Sequence record: PQ488502.1
Length of the DNA: 64,000 nucleotides
Source of the DNA: Escherichia phage BUCT632
Strand: one strand, 5' to 3'
The notes under the pieces were generated by a model. It made no database searches, was not told the DNA's origin, and saw only the letters and a program-made list of their open reading frames with translations. Both the position numbers and the translations under genes were made by a program. Below are positions 54,998 to 64,000 of the stretch, one piece after another. Position 1 is the stretch's first letter; each line of letters begins with the position of its first letter.

Positions 54998-55261
54998 TTG
55001 TTCGGCCTCCTCGTTAATCGGTGAGTGAATGATATAGATATTTGTTCACTAGGGGCAAGAAAAAAGAAAATGTTTTTTATTCCTTGCCTAGCGCCTATTT
55101 TTATGCTAACCGCGCAGCGGTGTAATAAAGAGCAAAAAACGGCGAAGCCACCAGGCCGCAGCATTGAGGCTTTACTTTACTATTACCTTGCAGCGTTTAG
55201 CTCGTTAGAATGCGATTTAGGCCGCTTAAAATTGATTGCAGTTGTTAACACTACCTTTTTA

Positions 55262-55375
55262 CCCTGTATATTTATACAGTGGAATAACCTGTGGATAAGT
55301 CTGTGCAAAAGTCCTTATATCGCCGCCTATCGTGTCAAGTTATTTCGTGCTGTGGATAACGTTGTGGATAACTTA
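55262..55375. promoter_or_regulatory. DnaA-box cluster with palindrome (right, inverted copy)
   Basis: palindrome CTGTATATTTATACAG; TGTGGATAA at 55290, 55351, 55364; ~45 bp is the reverse complement of 51386-51430 at ~90% identity. Confidence 0.6.
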
Positions 55376-55622
55376 AATGATAGTGGTTCTCACTTAGGCC
55401 GATAGTTTCTTATAGTTATTATTTCTCATTAATTTATAAGTATATTATATATTATGAAATAGTTAGTTGGCTAATGAGATTTTTCGTGATTAATAGTCTG
55501 CTAATAGTTTACTCTGTTACAGTCCACCAGCATGATTATCATCCTAGCAATTATTATCCTGCTATCTTTCCGATACATACTAGCAAACAAAAGTCAATTA
55601 ATTTATTTCATAAAATAAGTAG

Positions 55623-55657
55623 TTATCCACTGGAAAATAAAAGTCAAGTGGATAACT
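55623..55657. promoter_or_regulatory. convergent DnaA-box pair
   Basis: TTATCCAC (55623) and GTGGATAAC (55649) in inverted orientation. Confidence 0.5.
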
Positions 55658-56102
55658 AGGAAAATTTCATTTTTGCTTTTGGGGATAAGTTATCAACAAG
55701 GCTAGAATGCGCCTAAAACGCCCTAGAACGCGATGAAGTTTTTAGCCATCCCATCATAAGGGGATAGGCCGTTTATCGCTGCCACGAGCTTTTTGGATTT
55801 TGTCAAGTAGGGCAAAGCAAATATAAATGAAAAAATTACTTGCCTATCTGCTTTATTTTGTGGTATTCGCGCGCCCGTTTCTTTTAATTTTAGGCCATCG
55901 CCGCACGGTGTCCGGTGAGTTTTGTCTTTACGTTTCTTTACAAAAATAAGGTTGCGCCATTTTCGGGAATCCCCTATTATTTATCACGTAGGGCGGCAAT
56001 GACGAACTACACGGCGGGAAGTTTACCGCCACGCTCTTTAAAAATTGGGTACATCTTAAAGCCTATCGGCGGTAAACTTATACATTATAAGGAATCGACG
56101 AT

Positions 56103-56306
56103 ATGAAACAAACGCTTTTGATCACTGGCAAGCCTATTAAGGCACTAGATAGCAAAACAAAAAATTTGTTGACAGTAGCTCAAAGATCAGTAAAATATAG
56201 ATTCACGCAGTACAAGAAAGGCCGCCAGCAAGGTTTAGAAATGATCTGGCGCAATATTATGATTGACCTGAAGGAAAATCATAAAAAATTGCAAAAAATT
56301 GTTTGA
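56103..56306 (+). CDS. hypothetical basic protein
   Basis: 67 aa ORF. Confidence 0.4.
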   Translation: MKQTLLITGKPIKALDSKTKNLLTVAQRSVKYRFTQYKKGRQQGLEMIWRNIMIDLKENHKKLQKIV

Positions 56307-56535
56307 CACCCTAGCCGATAGGCTTTAAGATGTACTCAGTTCGATAAGAGCGATAACTTGATAAAATTTGACGGTCGGTGCTTACCATAATGCATCCCGC
56401 CCCCTAACGGGATATAGCGGCCTACGTGGAGTTCTTTAAATTGATTATAGCGGCGGGAGGATTGTTACTTATTACCTGCTAGTATTTTCTAGTAGGTAAT
56501 GCGGAACAATCCCCAAATAACTAGGAGTTTATACT

Positions 56536-56787
56536 ATGCAAAACGTTATTACCGCGCCGAAAGTTGGTCAATCCGTCTTCATTCCTTTCGTTACTAAAAC
56601 GGATGAATTAACCGGAAAAGCCGAACGTATTAAAGGTGCGGCGCTTATGCCGTTCGATACAATCGACGCGGTATATGCTGAAAATGAACGCAGTAACAAC
56701 GGCAAGCCGATTTATAACGTTCGCGTTAAATCCGGCGACGTTGTAAAGGTTGTTCAACGCAACGAAAAATGGGAAGCTGTATTGTAA
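56536..56787 (+). CDS. hypothetical protein
   Basis: 83 aa ORF with RBS AGGAG. Confidence 0.5.
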   Translation: MQNVITAPKVGQSVFIPFVTKTDELTGKAERIKGAALMPFDTIDAVYAENERSNNGKPIYNVRVKSGDVVKVVQRNEKWEAVL

Positions 56788-56888
56788 TGTAGTGTTAACT
56801 TTATATTCCCCTGAAATATGGGGAATATATGGATTAACATTTAGTTAATCATTAAATCCCTTAAATTAAACTAATAGGAGTTTTTACC

Positions 56889-57296
56889 ATGACTAACGCA
56901 AAAACCGCAAAATTCGCATGGAACGAAGAAAACACTCAGAAAGCTGTTTCTATGTATCAGCAGTTAATCAACGAAAACGGTTTAGATTTCGCAAATAGCG
57001 ACGGTTTAAAAGAGATTGCAAAAGCAGTAGGCGCGGCTTCTCCCGTATCCGTTCGGTCAAAATTGACCAGTGCAAAAGCCTATCAAAAAAGCGATAAGCC
57101 GCGTAAAGTTGGCGGCGGTAGCTCTGTGCGTAAAGCTCACTATGTGCGCGTTATCGCTAAACATGCTATCGATTCCGGCATTATCAAAGACGCCGATGAT
57201 CTGGCAAGTCTGGAAAGTGCAAAACTTGAAACGCTGGACGCAGTAGCGCAATTGTTAGGCGTTGCTGATGAAGTAAAACAAGCCGCAGGCGAATAA
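56889..57296 (+). CDS. hypothetical protein
   Basis: 135 aa ORF followed by hairpin. Confidence 0.5.
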   Translation: MTNAKTAKFAWNEENTQKAVSMYQQLINENGLDFANSDGLKEIAKAVGAASPVSVRSKLTSAKAYQKSDKPRKVGGGSSVRKAHYVRVIAKHAIDSGIIKDADDLASLESAKLETLDAVAQLLGVADEVKQAAGE

Positions 57297-57386
57297 TAGT
57301 TATACCTTGCCCCCTTCTAGTGAGGGGGCAATAATATAACTGTTTAGCGATAGTTATTTTCTTCCCTTAAATCAGGAGTTTTAAAA

Positions 57387-57584
57387 ATGATTTTCTTCCC
57401 TACTGAATCTTTGATTCTAGGCTTGTTTATTATGGCGGCCTCATTATTGTTCGCTTATTTTCAAAATGATTTAGATTCGTATTATTTTAAACGTAAATCT
57501 AAGTTAGCAAAACGTTTAGGTCTGCTTTGTTTTATCGCTGCCGTTGCTTGTGGTGTTAGTTCTAGCCTAGTGCCTTTAAATTAA
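57387..57584 (+). CDS. hypothetical membrane protein
   Basis: 65 aa, two hydrophobic segments. Confidence 0.45.
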   Translation: MIFFPTESLILGLFIMAASLLFAYFQNDLDSYYFKRKSKLAKRLGLLCFIAAVACGVSSSLVPLN

Positions 57585-57674
57585 TGTTGCAAATTATAAC
57601 GCCTATTATTTGAGGCGTTATATTTGGCAATATTGCCATTATTAATCTAATCCCTTTAATGGAGTTTTATTACT

Positions 57675-59345
57675 ATGATTATTTCCGCAGAAAAACAAAC
57701 CGTTATCCTGAAAATGGCCGCTGACTTTAATTTCTATGGTAAACGTCTGCGCGCTACTAAACTGGAGGTCTGCGACGATATATCAAAAGCAGTCTACGAT
57801 ACAACGAAACATTCTACCGCCATTTGTGATTGGCTGGAAGCAAACAAACCAGCTAAACCGAAAGCGGCAAAAGTAGCAAAAGCCATTAAAAACGACGAGC
57901 GCCCCGAAGCGGCTGGGATTGTTTCTAGTACGGTTGAGCAATGGGAAGTAAAACAGGGTAAACGTTTTATTATTACGTCGATTCAGAATAATACTTTCCC
58001 GCATAAAAACTTTTTAGCAAGTCTGGAAAAATTCGCTGAATATATCGGTGCCGATTTGCTTGTTTCTAAGTATATTTATAATAAAAACGGCTTCCAAAAT
58101 GGAGAAGGTGCAGACGGAATCAAATATGATTCTGCGTTTGATAAATATATTTGCAGCAAAAACGTGTTTTTAAATAACCGCCGTTTTGCTTTCATGGCTG
58201 AAATTAATGTTTTGCCTACCGCAGATTATCCGCTTTCTGGATTCGCAGAAACTGCAACGGCTTTAAATATTGAAGGTCTGGCAATTGGTCACGCTAAAAT
58301 TACCGCTGAAAGCGTACCAGCTTTAAAAGGTGAAGTAGTGCGCCGTATGTACTCAACCGGAACGGCAACCCTCAAAAACTACATTCAGCAGAAAGCAGGA
58401 CAAAAGGCCGAGGCGCTGCATAACTTCGGTGCGCTGATTGTTGAGTTCGACGAGGACGGGGAATTTTTTGTTCGCCAGCTTGAAACGATGGACGAAAGCG
58501 GGGTATTTTATGATCTGAATGTGTGCGCTACTCCTGCCGGATGCTATGAGACATCGGGGCATGTTTTAGGCTTGCAGTATGGTGATATTCATGCAGAAAA
58601 ACTAGATGAGGCTTGCGCTCAAGCGTCTTGGGGTCATGGTGATACTTATGGGCTTGTGGATATTCTCAAACCGAAATATCAGTTTGTACATGATGTGCAT
58701 GATTTTACATCCCGCAATCATCATAACCGCGCTTCTGGTGTATTCCTAGCGAAACAGTACGCCGCCGGACGTGATAAGGTTATTGATGATCTTATCGATA
58801 CGGGGCGCGTGCTGGAATCAATGGAGCGTGATTTTTCTCAAACAATCATTGTTGAATCAAATCACGATTTGGCGTTATCCCGTTGGCTGGATGATCGAAA
58901 TGCTAACATCAAAGACGATCCAGCAAACGCCGAACTATATCACAGCCTAAACGCTGCAATCTATGCGGCTATTGCAAAGCAGGACGATACTTTCAACGTG
59001 CTAGATTATGCCTTGCGTAAGGTAGCAGGTTGTGAATTTAACGCCATTTTCCTGACCACTGACCAATCATTTAAAATTGCAGGCATTGAATGCGGCGTAC
59101 ACGGTCACAACGGCATTAACGGCAGCCGTGGCAACCCGAAACAATTTAAGAAATTGGGCAAGTTAAACACGGGGCATACGCATACCGCCAGCATTTACGG
59201 TGGCGTTTATACCGCTGGCGTTGCTGGTAGTCTGGATATGGGTTACAACGTTGGCGCGTCAAGCTGGACGCAAACGCATTTAATTACATACGCCAACGGC
59301 CAGCGCACTTTGATTGACTTTAAAAACGGCAAGTTTTTCGCATAA
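57675..59345 (+). CDS. A1: A1-like pre-early protein with metallophosphatase-like motifs
   Basis: 556 aa, same length as T5 A1 (from memory); motifs GDIHAE, GHGD, GHNG, GHTH. Confidence 0.55.
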   Translation: MIISAEKQTVILKMAADFNFYGKRLRATKLEVCDDISKAVYDTTKHSTAICDWLEANKPAKPKAAKVAKAIKNDERPEAAGIVSSTVEQWEVKQGKRFIITSIQNNTFPHKNFLASLEKFAEYIGADLLVSKYIYNKNGFQNGEGADGIKYDSAFDKYICSKNVFLNNRRFAFMAEINVLPTADYPLSGFAETATALNIEGLAIGHAKITAESVPALKGEVVRRMYSTGTATLKNYIQQKAGQKAEALHNFGALIVEFDEDGEFFVRQLETMDESGVFYDLNVCATPAGCYETSGHVLGLQYGDIHAEKLDEACAQASWGHGDTYGLVDILKPKYQFVHDVHDFTSRNHHNRASGVFLAKQYAAGRDKVIDDLIDTGRVLESMERDFSQTIIVESNHDLALSRWLDDRNANIKDDPANAELYHSLNAAIYAAIAKQDDTFNVLDYALRKVAGCEFNAIFLTTDQSFKIAGIECGVHGHNGINGSRGNPKQFKKLGKLNTGHTHTASIYGGVYTAGVAGSLDMGYNVGASSWTQTHLITYANGQRTLIDFKNGKFFA

Positions 59346-59356
59346 TTAAATTTATA

Positions 59357-59385
59357 AGCTGGAAATATTTCCAGCTTATACCCTT
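59357..59385 (+). terminator. putative terminator hairpin
   Basis: AGCTGGAAA-TAT-TTCCAGCT hairpin, weak T tail. Confidence 0.4.
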
Positions 59386-59410
59386 ATTAAATTAATTGGA
59401 GTTTATAACT

Positions 59411-59803
59411 ATGAAAAAGCAAAATATCCCATTCGATCGCGCTCAATCCTCAATCGTTCTGGTTTATTCTAATGGTGAACGTTACCACGTCGAGGCGGGG
59501 CACGTTGTTGATGATTTAATCGAGTTTAACGAGGCGTTACAGATCACGACTTTCGCCTATACGCAAGGCCGCGCAAGTAGTCACATCAAGGCCGCTGGCG
59601 TTTATGTTGACACGGTGAAACAAGAAACGATTATCATCGACGCCGTAAAATCCGGCCTAGCCTTTGCAGTTGTCGCGCCTTGCCCCGCTTGCCTAGATGA
59701 TCAGCTAACGAGTGCAAAGGTATATACCTGCGCGGGTATTCGTTCCAGTGTATCAGGTGAGGATGTTAGTTTTATCGCTGATGCGTTGGCTTATGGTCTT
59801 TAA
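59411..59803 (+). CDS. A2: A2-like pre-early protein
   Basis: ~130 aa ORF downstream of A1-like gene; assignment by size and synteny only. Confidence 0.4.
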   Translation: MKKQNIPFDRAQSSIVLVYSNGERYHVEAGHVVDDLIEFNEALQITTFAYTQGRASSHIKAAGVYVDTVKQETIIIDAVKSGLAFAVVAPCPACLDDQLTSAKVYTCAGIRSSVSGEDVSFIADALAYGL

Positions 59804-59882
59804 TAGTTAATTTATTATTACCCGCTTATAAATAGCGGGTAATGCTGAATTAATCTAATCCCTTAAATGGAGAACGTAACAA

Positions 59883-60617
59883 ATGAATAAAGCTATTATG
59901 AATATTTCCCGCAGCTTCCCGCATATTTCCCGCGTCATGATTTGGGATTTAGACGGCACTATCATTAATTCTTTCCATCGTGTAGCGCCTTGCTTTGATA
60001 GTGAGGGCAATTTAGATTTAAATAAGTATAAAAATGAAGCGTGTAAACATCATTTAATAATGCAGGATTCTTTATTGCCATTGGTTGAATACATGCGCCA
60101 ATGTATGAATGACGCAAATACTTTAAATATTATTTGTACCGCTCGACTAATGAGCAAGTCGGACTATTATTATTTGCGTAAACAAGGTCTGCGCGGTCGT
60201 GGTAATAGTAATATCCGCGTGTTTTCCCGCGATACACTGCATAAATATTTTAAAGCTGATAAGGTTAGCGAGATATACCACAGCAAAGACGCAGTTTATA
60301 AATCTTATTATTTTGAATTATTTAAACAGCTATATCCGAACGCTGATTTTACGATGATTGATGATCATAAAGGCGTATTATCAGCGGCGGCATCATACGG
60401 ATTTAAAACGCTGGACGCGCAAGCCGTTAACGATATTCTATCAATCGGGGTGGCATTGATAGGTGAAACCTTTATCGATGAATCGCTCGATGATGATAAT
60501 GATTATCAGTTCCTAGCCGATCGTTTGAAATTATGTTGGGAAGGTATGACCGAGGAAGAACGCGCAGAATATAGTTGCAGCCCGCAACAATACATGGAGA
60601 AATTAAAAGTTGCATAA
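59883..60617 (+). CDS. dmp: 5'-deoxyribonucleotidase-like HAD-family protein
   Basis: 244 aa; HAD motif I WDLDGTI; size and position next to A1/A2 candidates. Confidence 0.55.
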   Translation: MNKAIMNISRSFPHISRVMIWDLDGTIINSFHRVAPCFDSEGNLDLNKYKNEACKHHLIMQDSLLPLVEYMRQCMNDANTLNIICTARLMSKSDYYYLRKQGLRGRGNSNIRVFSRDTLHKYFKADKVSEIYHSKDAVYKSYYFELFKQLYPNADFTMIDDHKGVLSAAASYGFKTLDAQAVNDILSIGVALIGETFIDESLDDDNDYQFLADRLKLCWEGMTEEERAEYSCSPQQYMEKLKVA

Positions 60618-60768
60618 TAATTAAAGTTGAAATAGTCACGGTGTGTAACGATAACATGCCGTGACTATTAGCTTGCTAAGTACCGGGCGGTAATGAGACT
60701 TATTCTCATCTCGGGGGGCACTGGACACACCTCCATGTGTAATCTTATGAAATTTGGCAAAAGTCAAA

Positions 60769-61014
60769 TTAGCGCATAGAAGGGTCATCAAACCTGTGTT
60801 CTGGTCTGAACTCACGGAATCTCTTCCGCGACGCCCGAGATCCATCCGACCACTCCCGATCAAACTCCGCACGTTTCTCGTCAAACTTCCGCTCCCTTTC
60901 CGCAATCTCCCGCGCCACTTCCGCAATATATTTACGATGCTTGTTGATTGCCGCAGTCGTCCCGAAAACTCCCGCGAGTACCCCTATAATAAAAGCAATT
61001 ACAATACTAAACAT
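60769..61014 (-). CDS. hypothetical membrane-anchored protein
   Basis: N-terminal TM helix then Arg/Glu-rich region. Confidence 0.45.
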   Translation of the reverse strand: MFSIVIAFIIGVLAGVFGTTAAINKHRKYIAEVAREIAERERKFDEKRAEFDREWSDGSRASRKRFREFRPEHRFDDPSMR

Positions 61015-61423
61015 TATTTATATTCCCGTAGCTTACGTTCAATACGAGCTAAGTGGTTATCCAAGACACATTGCCCTAGAATTACCACAACTAATAAAAC
61101 AATAATTATTACCTCCATTAAAGCCACCCCGCCATAGCTGCTAACCAAAAGCCTACGAAGATTAGGAATAATACAAAACCAAATCCGTAAATATTAATCC
61201 ACGCTTCATACACTTCTCCGCGTCTGCTCTTTCTTTTGTTTGGCATATCTTTCACTCTCCAATAAATATGGTATTTTAAAGTATTTTATAGTTTGTACAT
61301 AACCAACCATGCTCGTGACTTCCTAGAAGGACTTCTACTTTTCTCACATAGTGGTTTCTGCTAGTACACCATCCAAGAAATAAAAAATTTAGTTTACTTG
61401 GATGTCTTTTTGCTTTATACTAA

Positions 61424-61690
61424 TTACAGGTAGTTAGATTGCTCTAGTTTAAATTTACAATCACCATATTTAAGGTCAAACTGACTGAGATCCCACCACC
61501 CAAACTTAGTACGGAGCTGTACTACTGGGAATCGATCTCCCTTAATACGAACTTTTTGAACCTTGAGGCCGTAATGTTCTTCTCCCGCACCACCAAAAGA
61601 TTTTACAAATCCAGTACAAAATGGTTTGGGAGCAGGTGCACAACCAGATAACATAACTGCGGCAACTAGTGCAATCACAAACTTTTTCAT
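61424..61690 (-). CDS. llp: Llp-like lipoprotein (receptor-blocking lipoprotein candidate)
   Basis: signal peptide + lipobox MLSGC; small size; divergent from receptor-binding protein gene. Confidence 0.55.
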   Translation of the reverse strand: MKKFVIALVAAVMLSGCAPAPKPFCTGFVKSFGGAGEEHYGLKVQKVRIKGDRFPVVQLRTKFGWWDLSQFDLKYGDCKFKLEQSNYL

Positions 61691-61775
61691 ATTTATCTCT
61701 CCATTTCTAATTTATGAGTATATTATAGCAAAATAGAGAGATGAAAGCAAATACATTTTTATAATAGGAGATTAT

Positions 61776-63533
61776 ATGGGTTTTTTCGCTGGAAAATATA
61801 GCGATGGTAAGACCGTACTATCTTTAAATACTGAATCTGGTGGTGACATTAATCGTCACTATAGTCCAAATGCCAATAGTATTTTTCATAGTGATATGCC
61901 ATTTGTCCTAGTTGATGGTACTTATGAGTCTGGGTTAGGTGATGCCGGTAATGGGTTTTTTGTATGTCAGATGCCCTCTGACATAATAAATATTAAATCC
62001 AATGACCCCGGTAGAGTTATATTAACTGCTATTGAGATTAATGGTACTCACAGAGCTTTTCTTAATGGTACTCAGAGTAAGGTGGGTCAAACTATAGTTG
62101 CCACTCAAGCAGATCCTTTTAGATCTTTTGCTAGTGTTTCCCAGACTAGTGGATTTGCATTTGGTAATAGCCTGGCATCTGGTACATATAACTATAATCC
62201 ATCTATAGGACATGAAGAATCTATTTCTAGGAATGGTACAGGGGGTACTACCTTACATAGTACGTATCATGGTATAGTTAGGCCAGGTGCAGGAGCTCCA
62301 GTAGGTATTACTGTTGCAGAAGCTTTTGCACAGTTAGGATTCCCTACTAATAGTAGTACAGTACCTATAGATAGTAATAACCAATATTACTGGGACCCAG
62401 GATGGATGTCTCCTTTAGGATCAGCACACAGAGGGCACGATTGGTTTTATGTTTGTAACTCTAACATACGTGGGTATGGTGGGGTAAGACAAGGTCTTCC
62501 TGGTAATGTAAATACTATGTATCATGATGGGGGTAATAGATTTGTTTGTAGAGGTTCTACAACTAATTTAGCTAATCAATCTGGTAACGCTACAATATTA
62601 CAGGATTGGTATAACATAACCCCTACTAAAGTTATTTGGTACGTTTTGAATTTAAGATACTCAAATGGTAATATGGGTATTTCTGGTAATCCTTTTACTG
62701 GCTCAGATATTCTTATCTCTCCCTCTAATTTTACTATAAAAGGGGTTAGTTTACCGAATACTGGGTATAAGTTTATCAACCAAAATGCTTTTGGTAACTT
62801 AGGTTATAGACCAGATATGGAATATATTGGAAATAACGCAGCGTACACCGGGGCCTTTGGGGATACCACTGCAAGATGTGAACTTGTAGGTTCTAGTAAC
62901 GGGAGTTTATGGTCTCCTGTAGACTATGGAGGGGCTAAGTCTCAAATTAGTATTTACAAATTCGGAGCTGGTAAGCAATGGTATGTAAATTCTAATGATA
63001 ATACTATCGGTAATGAACACGGGGTTGTTTGGGGGCCTTCAGCAGTTCCACTACGACTTTTTAGCGGAAATGTTGGTAGTTCTTACATGGGGGATGATAT
63101 TACTCCCAGCTATCCAGGAACTGGAGATAGATACGTTGGTTTATCAACTATTGGGCTAGGTATACCGGGTGGCAATGCTACTGTAATTCTTACCACTGAA
63201 GTTATATCAGGTAATCTTAACTGTGCAGGTGTTCCTGCTAATACATGGAATAACGGTGTGTTTCAAGTGCAGGGAAGAAGAGCATATAGTTATAGTAATG
63301 GAGACGCGATATTCCACCAGATTTTAACACTACCAGTAGGGTATTTAGTACCTTTTCATACTACATCTGCTTTTAGATACACACCTAACAATGCCCTAAG
63401 TAGAAATAGTTTTATATACACTGCTAAAAATCTGGGGAACGGAAATGTAGAGTTAGGGGTAGTTATGCACGTAAGTTTAGGTAGTGCAGTTTTTCTACCT
63501 AGATTAAGAGTAACAGTTCAACGCCTTACCTAA
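61776..63533 (+). CDS. putative receptor-binding tail protein (pb5-like)
   Basis: 585 aa Gly/Asn/Ser/Thr-rich protein divergent from Llp-like gene; assignment by context. Confidence 0.45.
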
Positions 63534-63543
63534 AGGAGGAAAT

Positions 63544-64000
63544 ATGGCAAATGATGTATTAGTACCAGATCTTATGTCCCCTGAAGGGATGGATGTGATT
63601 GAAGCTTATTTACAGTGCGGTAGCGATGTGCCTTCTGCCGCACGTAGTCTTGGAATGTCCGAAATTGCTTTCCGAGATATTATGAATCGTAGTGAAGTTA
63701 AGAATTACTTAAACGATATTTTTATGGAAAGTGGTTTCCGTAACAGGGATCGTTTATTTGGTGTTCTGGATGAAGTTATTAAGCGTAAGCTGGAGGAACT
63801 GGAAGAAACTGGCATGGGTTCTGACCAAGATATTATGGATATTCTCTGGAAAGCACATAAAATGAAAATGGAAGAAATGAAAATGATGGTAGAATTGGAG
63901 AAAGTGAAGGCAGCAGCCCGTACTCCAGCTAACCAGACCAATATCCAGAATAATATTATTGCTGGAGCTGGGGATCAAAACTACATGGACTTAATTACTT
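63544..64000 (+). CDS. putative DNA-binding late protein, possibly terminase small subunit (3' end beyond window)
   Basis: open frame from ATG 63544 to window edge after GGAGGA RBS; N-terminal HTH-like segment. Confidence 0.35.

Noticed and set aside
55025-55659. Plus-strand ORFs 55025..55405 and 55474..55659
   Set aside because: Overlap the DnaA-box/palindrome regulatory region, lack RBS and have atypical composition; considered noncoding.

Overview
This window reads as a T5-like siphovirus (Demerecviridae-type) genome segment, identified from gene content, synteny and a stereotyped early promoter resembling T5 PN25; no database search was possible. Left to right: (1) a minus-strand block with a P-loop replication protein (runs off the window), a tandem paralog pair, a HAD-like phosphatase, a Sir2-like protein and anaerobic RNR NrdD; (2) a plus-strand nucleotide-metabolism block (phoH, nrdA, nrdB, DHFR, thymidylate synthase, HNH endonuclease, RNase H) and small early genes; (3) a ~13 kb tRNA island (20.0-32.8 kb) with about 25 tRNA genes, interspersed small ORFs and several promoter-driven noncoding stretches with tRNA-like or hairpin structure; (4) small early ORFs including dNMP kinase, a ClpP-like protease, holin/endolysin candidates, a thioredoxin-like protein and two metallophosphatases; (5) a ~1.8 kb gene-free repeat region (49.9-51.7 kb) with a 14-mer repeated 7 times, palindromes, an iteron-like array and DnaA boxes; (6) a minus-strand cassette (51.7-55.0 kb) flanked by inverted ~45-bp repeats carrying DnaA boxes; (7) candidate pre-early genes (A1-, A2-, dmp-like), then an Llp-like lipoprotein divergent from a receptor-binding protein and the start of a late gene. 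The most interesting signals are the noncoding tRNA-like RNAs in the tRNA island, the repeat/DnaA-box architecture around a probable collapsed terminal repeat, and the uncharacterised paralog pair beside Sir2. All coordinates were derived by manual reading; tRNA ends and promoter positions may be off by a few bases.
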